Assembly: GCA_951406725.2 (NCBI GenBank)
Contig: OX597820.1
Coordinates: 20,026,001 to 20,090,000 of the forward strand
Reading direction: 5' to 3'
Length of the DNA: 64,000 bases
Source: Octopus vulgaris
Taxonomy: Eukaryota
A program made the position numbers and the translations under genes. Numbering within the stretch: the first letter of the stretch is position 1; the number at the start of each line of letters is the position of its first letter. Under the pieces are notes generated by a model that saw nothing but the letters and a program-made list of their open reading frames with translations, ran no database searches and had not been told where the DNA came from. Shown here in pieces: positions 63,659 to 64,000 of this stretch.

Positions 63659-64000
63659 TCTATTGTATTTTGTATTTATATTCGTGTAACATCATCTGTT
63701 TTTCCGTCCTTGTTTTCGTATACATTTGATGCTTTCTTCCAAGGAATCTAATGCTCTTAGCTTAGTTTTTCCTAGGGGTTGGCCAGATTGGAGCAATCTC
63801 AAGATTAATCAACCGAAATTGTGAGGATGATCCAGTTCTTGACTGAGGATAAAAGGCTTCGAATGACCCATCCTTGTTTTTTTGTATCGTTTTGTTGTCC
63901 CTTTTTGTATCACCTAGTCGTCCAGATGTTTTGCGTTCTTGTCCCATTTTGTATTTTATATATATATATATGTATAGTGGCGTACATACACTTTGTTTCC

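Overview
AT-rich animal genomic DNA, most likely Octopus (inferred from recalled SINE families, dense microsatellites and the TTAGGG telomere motif; no database search was run). The whole window lies inside one large minus-strand gene. I traced 26 coding exons by hand (62646 down to 3452; 4314 nt, about 1438 codons). They splice in one open frame with consistent intron phases and encode 8 complete MAM domains plus the start of a 9th (poly-MAM extracellular protein, MALRD-like; no LDLa repeats seen here). The gene continues past both window edges. One intron appears to need a GC donor. The introns are packed with SINEs, RTE and CR1 LINE 3' ends, mariner and Tc1 relics, piggyBac, hAT and Helitron-like non-autonomous elements, satellites and microsatellites. 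Highlights: (1) several minimal type-I hammerhead ribozyme motifs with palindromic stem III, including a head-to-head pair on a tRNA-headed element and a U3-A8 compensated variant; (2) a 723-bp foldback element whose loop is a (TTAGGG)n array; (3) a three-MAM higher-order repeat in the protein; (4) a SINE-like family whose internal motif appears to seed satellites. Almost all ORFs in the supplied track are simple-repeat or SINE artefacts.
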